From positions 23 through 64,022 of IMG/VR virus record IMGVR_UViG_3300031565_000018: a DNA stretch of 64,000 nucleotides. The stretch is one strand, 5' to 3'. This document shows positions 63,734 to 64,000 of this stretch, piece by piece; position 1 is the stretch's first letter, and each line of letters begins with the position of its first letter. The translations under genes were made by a program, and so were the position numbers. Source of the DNA: a virus. The notes under the pieces are model-generated. The model was not told the origin of the DNA. It saw only the letters and a list, made by a program, of their open reading frames with translations, and did no database searches.

Positions 63734-64000
63734 GCGTTCAGTTCCACCGCTACCGTAATTACCACGCGCAGACTGTGGTTAAAGCGAGACTACGCAGCTC
63801 TGTAGGTTACCCATCTGTCTTTCAACAGGCTGAGGACATTGGAGGTACGTTTACTCGAATTACCAAAGGGTTGCCTGAGGGGAGCGTTGCTAACTTCAGC
63901 CCCAGCTTGATCAAGCATCGAGGATCATCTCTTATTGCTTGGCGCTCGCAGCCGGAACCTTTCTGTTTCCGGCACGATATGAAGTATTTCTACTACAACA
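63730..64000 (+). CDS. Partial ORF, possibly a beta-propeller glycoside hydrolase/phosphorylase (GH130-like)
   Basis: ATGA overlap with GT4; NFSPSLI...LIAWR pattern; truncated at the window edge. Confidence 0.4.
   Translation, partial: MSVQFHRYRNYHAQTVVKARLRSSVGYPSVFQQAEDIGGTFTRITKGLPEGSVANFSPSLIKHRGSSLIAWRSQPEPFCFRHDMKYFYYN

Noticed and set aside
1-64000. Stop-codon reassignment or temperate lifestyle
   Set aside because: Genes tile the window fully in the standard code; no integrase, recombinase or att site in this window, although several HTH genes are present

Overview
This window is most of the genome of a tailed dsDNA cyanophage. The cyanobacterial host is inferred from two NblA-like genes, four cyanophage-type 2OG-Fe(II) oxygenases, a Dps and ThyX. 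The gene set resembles S-EIV1-like freshwater phages (inference, not searched). Bases ~345-20800 are mostly + strand early and replication genes: MarR regulator, dCTP deaminase, a DUF3150-like/MoxR/VWA operon, family A DNA polymerase, SSB, exonuclease and primase-SF3 helicase. Bases ~21000-62500 are mostly - strand late genes: endolysin, fibres, capsid, scaffold, portal and terminase, interleaved with glycosyltransferases. No integrase, tRNA, CRISPR array, reverse transcriptase or RNA polymerase was seen. The strongest leads are (1) a candidate virion glycosylation system, with Ser-Gly motifs arrayed across fibre proteins and 4-5 carbohydrate enzymes around terminase and portal; (2) a 509-nt dual-coded overlap between portal and scaffold; (3) a shared R-hydrophobic-A-G peptide motif in many unrelated small proteins; (4) two divergent NblA paralogues; (5) two methyltransferase and two HNH homologues that have all lost their catalytic motifs. 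All family calls come from motif recognition by eye and need HMM or structure confirmation.
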